A stretch of 64,000 bases of DNA from an uncultured Acidimicrobiales bacterium (GTDB taxonomy: Bacteria > Actinomycetota > Acidimicrobiia > Acidimicrobiales > SZUA-35). The position numbers and the translations under genes were made by a program. The notes under the pieces were generated by a model that saw nothing but the letters and a program-made list of their open reading frames with translations, was not told where the DNA came from and made no database searches. The stretch is from positions 14,393 to 78,392 of the forward strand of contig CALHFG010000015.1 of NCBI GenBank assembly GCA_938029215.1, read 5' to 3'. This document shows positions 62,778 to 64,000 of this stretch, piece by piece (within the stretch, counting starts at the first letter, position 1; each line of letters opens with the position of its first letter).

Positions 62778-64000
62778 ATGACAGATGAGCACATCGCGGC
62801 CCCATCCACTCAATACTCGATCTCGATTCATGTCACCCTGGACAACAAGCCCGGTGTCCTCGGCGAGCTCGCGACTGCCATCGGGAGCGTCGGAGGCAGC
62901 ATCTTCGCGGTAGATGGGTTCGTGGCGAAAGGCCCCGCCCTCGAGCGAGAGATGGTCATTAATTGCCGAAGTGTCGCCCATCAGGCTGAGGTGGTAGCGG
63001 CGGTGGAGGCCATCGATTGCGTCGAGCTGCATGATTGGCACGACCGCACCTTCAAGATGCACGAAGGCGGCAAGATTGAGGTGCTGCCGCTCTGTCCGGT
63101 CGGAGACCGGGACGATCTCTCCATGGCGTACACGCCTGGCGTTGCTCGGGTGTGCAACGCAATTGCCGACGACGAGTCTCTGGCCGACGTCTACACGGTT
63201 CGCAAGAACACCGTGGCCATCGTCAGCGATGGCACCGCGGTCCTGGGCCTTGGCGACATTGGGCCTAAGGCGGCACTTCCGGTAATGGAGGGCAAAGCGC
63301 TGCTCTTCAAAGAGTTCGCTGGCGTCGACGGGTTTCCGATCGTGCTCGATGTGAACAACCCCGATGAGTTGATCGAGACGGTTGTTCGAATGGCCCCAAC
63401 CTTTGGTGGGATCAATCTTGAAGACATCGCGGCGCCCGCGGCGTTCTACGTTGAAGACGAACTGAAACGACGACTCGACATCCCCGTATTTCACGACGAT
63501 CAGCATGGCACCGCAGTGGTTGCGCTCGCTGCGTTGGAAAACGCCGTTGAGGTTGTGGGGAAGAACCTGCAGGATCTCACCGTTGTCATCAATGGAATCG
63601 GCGCAGCGGGACTGGCGATCGGCAAGATCCTTCTGAACGCAGGCGTGCCGACTGTGATCGGCACCGACCGGCGGGGCGCCATTTACGACGGGCGTGAGGG
63701 GCTGAATGAGGCAAAGCAGTGGTTTGCCGAGAACACAAACTCGGCCAAACGTGCAGGCTCGCTGAGCGAGATCATTGCGGGCGCCGATGTCTTCGTCGGC
63801 GTGAGCGCCCCCGGCGTCTTGAGCATCGAAGATGTAAAGAACATGGCGGCCGATCCAATTATCTTCGCTATGGCGAACCCAGATCCGGAGATTCTGCCCG
63901 AGCAGGTGGAGGGAATCGTCGGCGTTATGGCAACCGGTAGAAGCGACTATCCCAACCAGATCAACAACGTCTTGGCGTTTCCCGGGATCTTTCGAGGAGC
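62778..64000 (+). CDS. NAD(P)-dependent malic enzyme with N-terminal ACT domain (partial; continues past the window end)
   Basis: My own translation from ATG 62778 is MTDEHIAAPSTQYSISIHVTLDNKPGVLGELATAIGSVGG... (ACT). This is followed by LSMAYTPGVARVC, VSDGTAVLGLGDIGP, ALPVMEGKALLFKEFAGVD, FGGINLEDI, VFHDDQHGTA, NGIGAAG and NNVLAFPGIFRG. The ORF is not in the supplied track because it has no stop in the window. Confidence 0.9.
   Translation, partial: MTDEHIAAPSTQYSISIHVTLDNKPGVLGELATAIGSVGGSIFAVDGFVAKGPALEREMVINCRSVAHQAEVVAAVEAIDCVELHDWHDRTFKMHEGGKIEVLPLCPVGDRDDLSMAYTPGVARVCNAIADDESLADVYTVRKNTVAIVSDGTAVLGLGDIGPKAALPVMEGKALLFKEFAGVDGFPIVLDVNNPDELIETVVRMAPTFGGINLEDIAAPAAFYVEDELKRRLDIPVFHDDQHGTAVVALAALENAVEVVGKNLQDLTVVINGIGAAGLAIGKILLNAGVPTVIGTDRRGAIYDGREGLNEAKQWFAENTNSAKRAGSLSEIIAGADVFVGVSAPGVLSIEDVKNMAADPIIFAMANPDPEILPEQVEGIVGVMATGRSDYPNQINNVLAFPGIFRG

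Noticed and set aside
62742-63506. 254-aa minus-strand ORF
   Set aside because: It is antisense to the clearly recognisable ACT-malic enzyme gene on the plus strand.

Overview
This is a 64-kb, densely coding stretch of a high-GC actinobacterial (Actinomycetota) chromosome. I call about 55 protein genes and one tRNA-Gly. I recognised no rRNA, CRISPR array, transposase or integrase. Lineage markers are mycothiol S-conjugate amidase (mca), NucS/EndoMS, an OdhA/Kgd-type fused 2-oxoglutarate dehydrogenase, a SigK/RskA-like ECF sigma/anti-sigma pair, and DnaE2 preceded by a perfect GAAC-N4-GTTC SOS-type palindrome. Housekeeping and metabolic genes include folE, dnaE2, mca, nucS, cysQ, ettA, kgd, xthA, a UvrD2-like helicase, an ACT-malic enzyme, a TRAP transporter, an NfeD/stomatin pair and a CPA2 antiporter. 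The supplied ORF track over-extends many N-termini and lists many antisense ORFs, which is typical for high GC. It also misses two genes that run off the window edges: a LarE-like gene at 1..311 (minus strand) and malic enzyme at 62778..64000 (plus strand). The items I consider most worth follow-up are: (a) a three-part NYN(Zc3h12a-like) RNase + S1 + histone-H1-like lysine/alanine tail protein with a possible internal start; (b) two 100%-identical, highly structured 99-bp direct repeats that begin at the stop codon of kgd; (c) a block of hypothetical genes at 29.9-35 kb centred on an orphan 809-aa HerA/FtsK-superfamily ATPase with a coiled-coil/RG-rich C-terminus; (d) a TRAP-IclR-HOT-(YdiJ-like FAD/FeS dehydrogenase) module that looks like a self-contained hydroxyacid (4-hydroxybutyrate/D-2-hydroxyglutarate) oxidation unit; (e) a small-protein/thermonuclease/YdjC-like/secreted propeller-Fn3 gene string. 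All functional calls come from reading motifs by eye, and none has been checked against a database.
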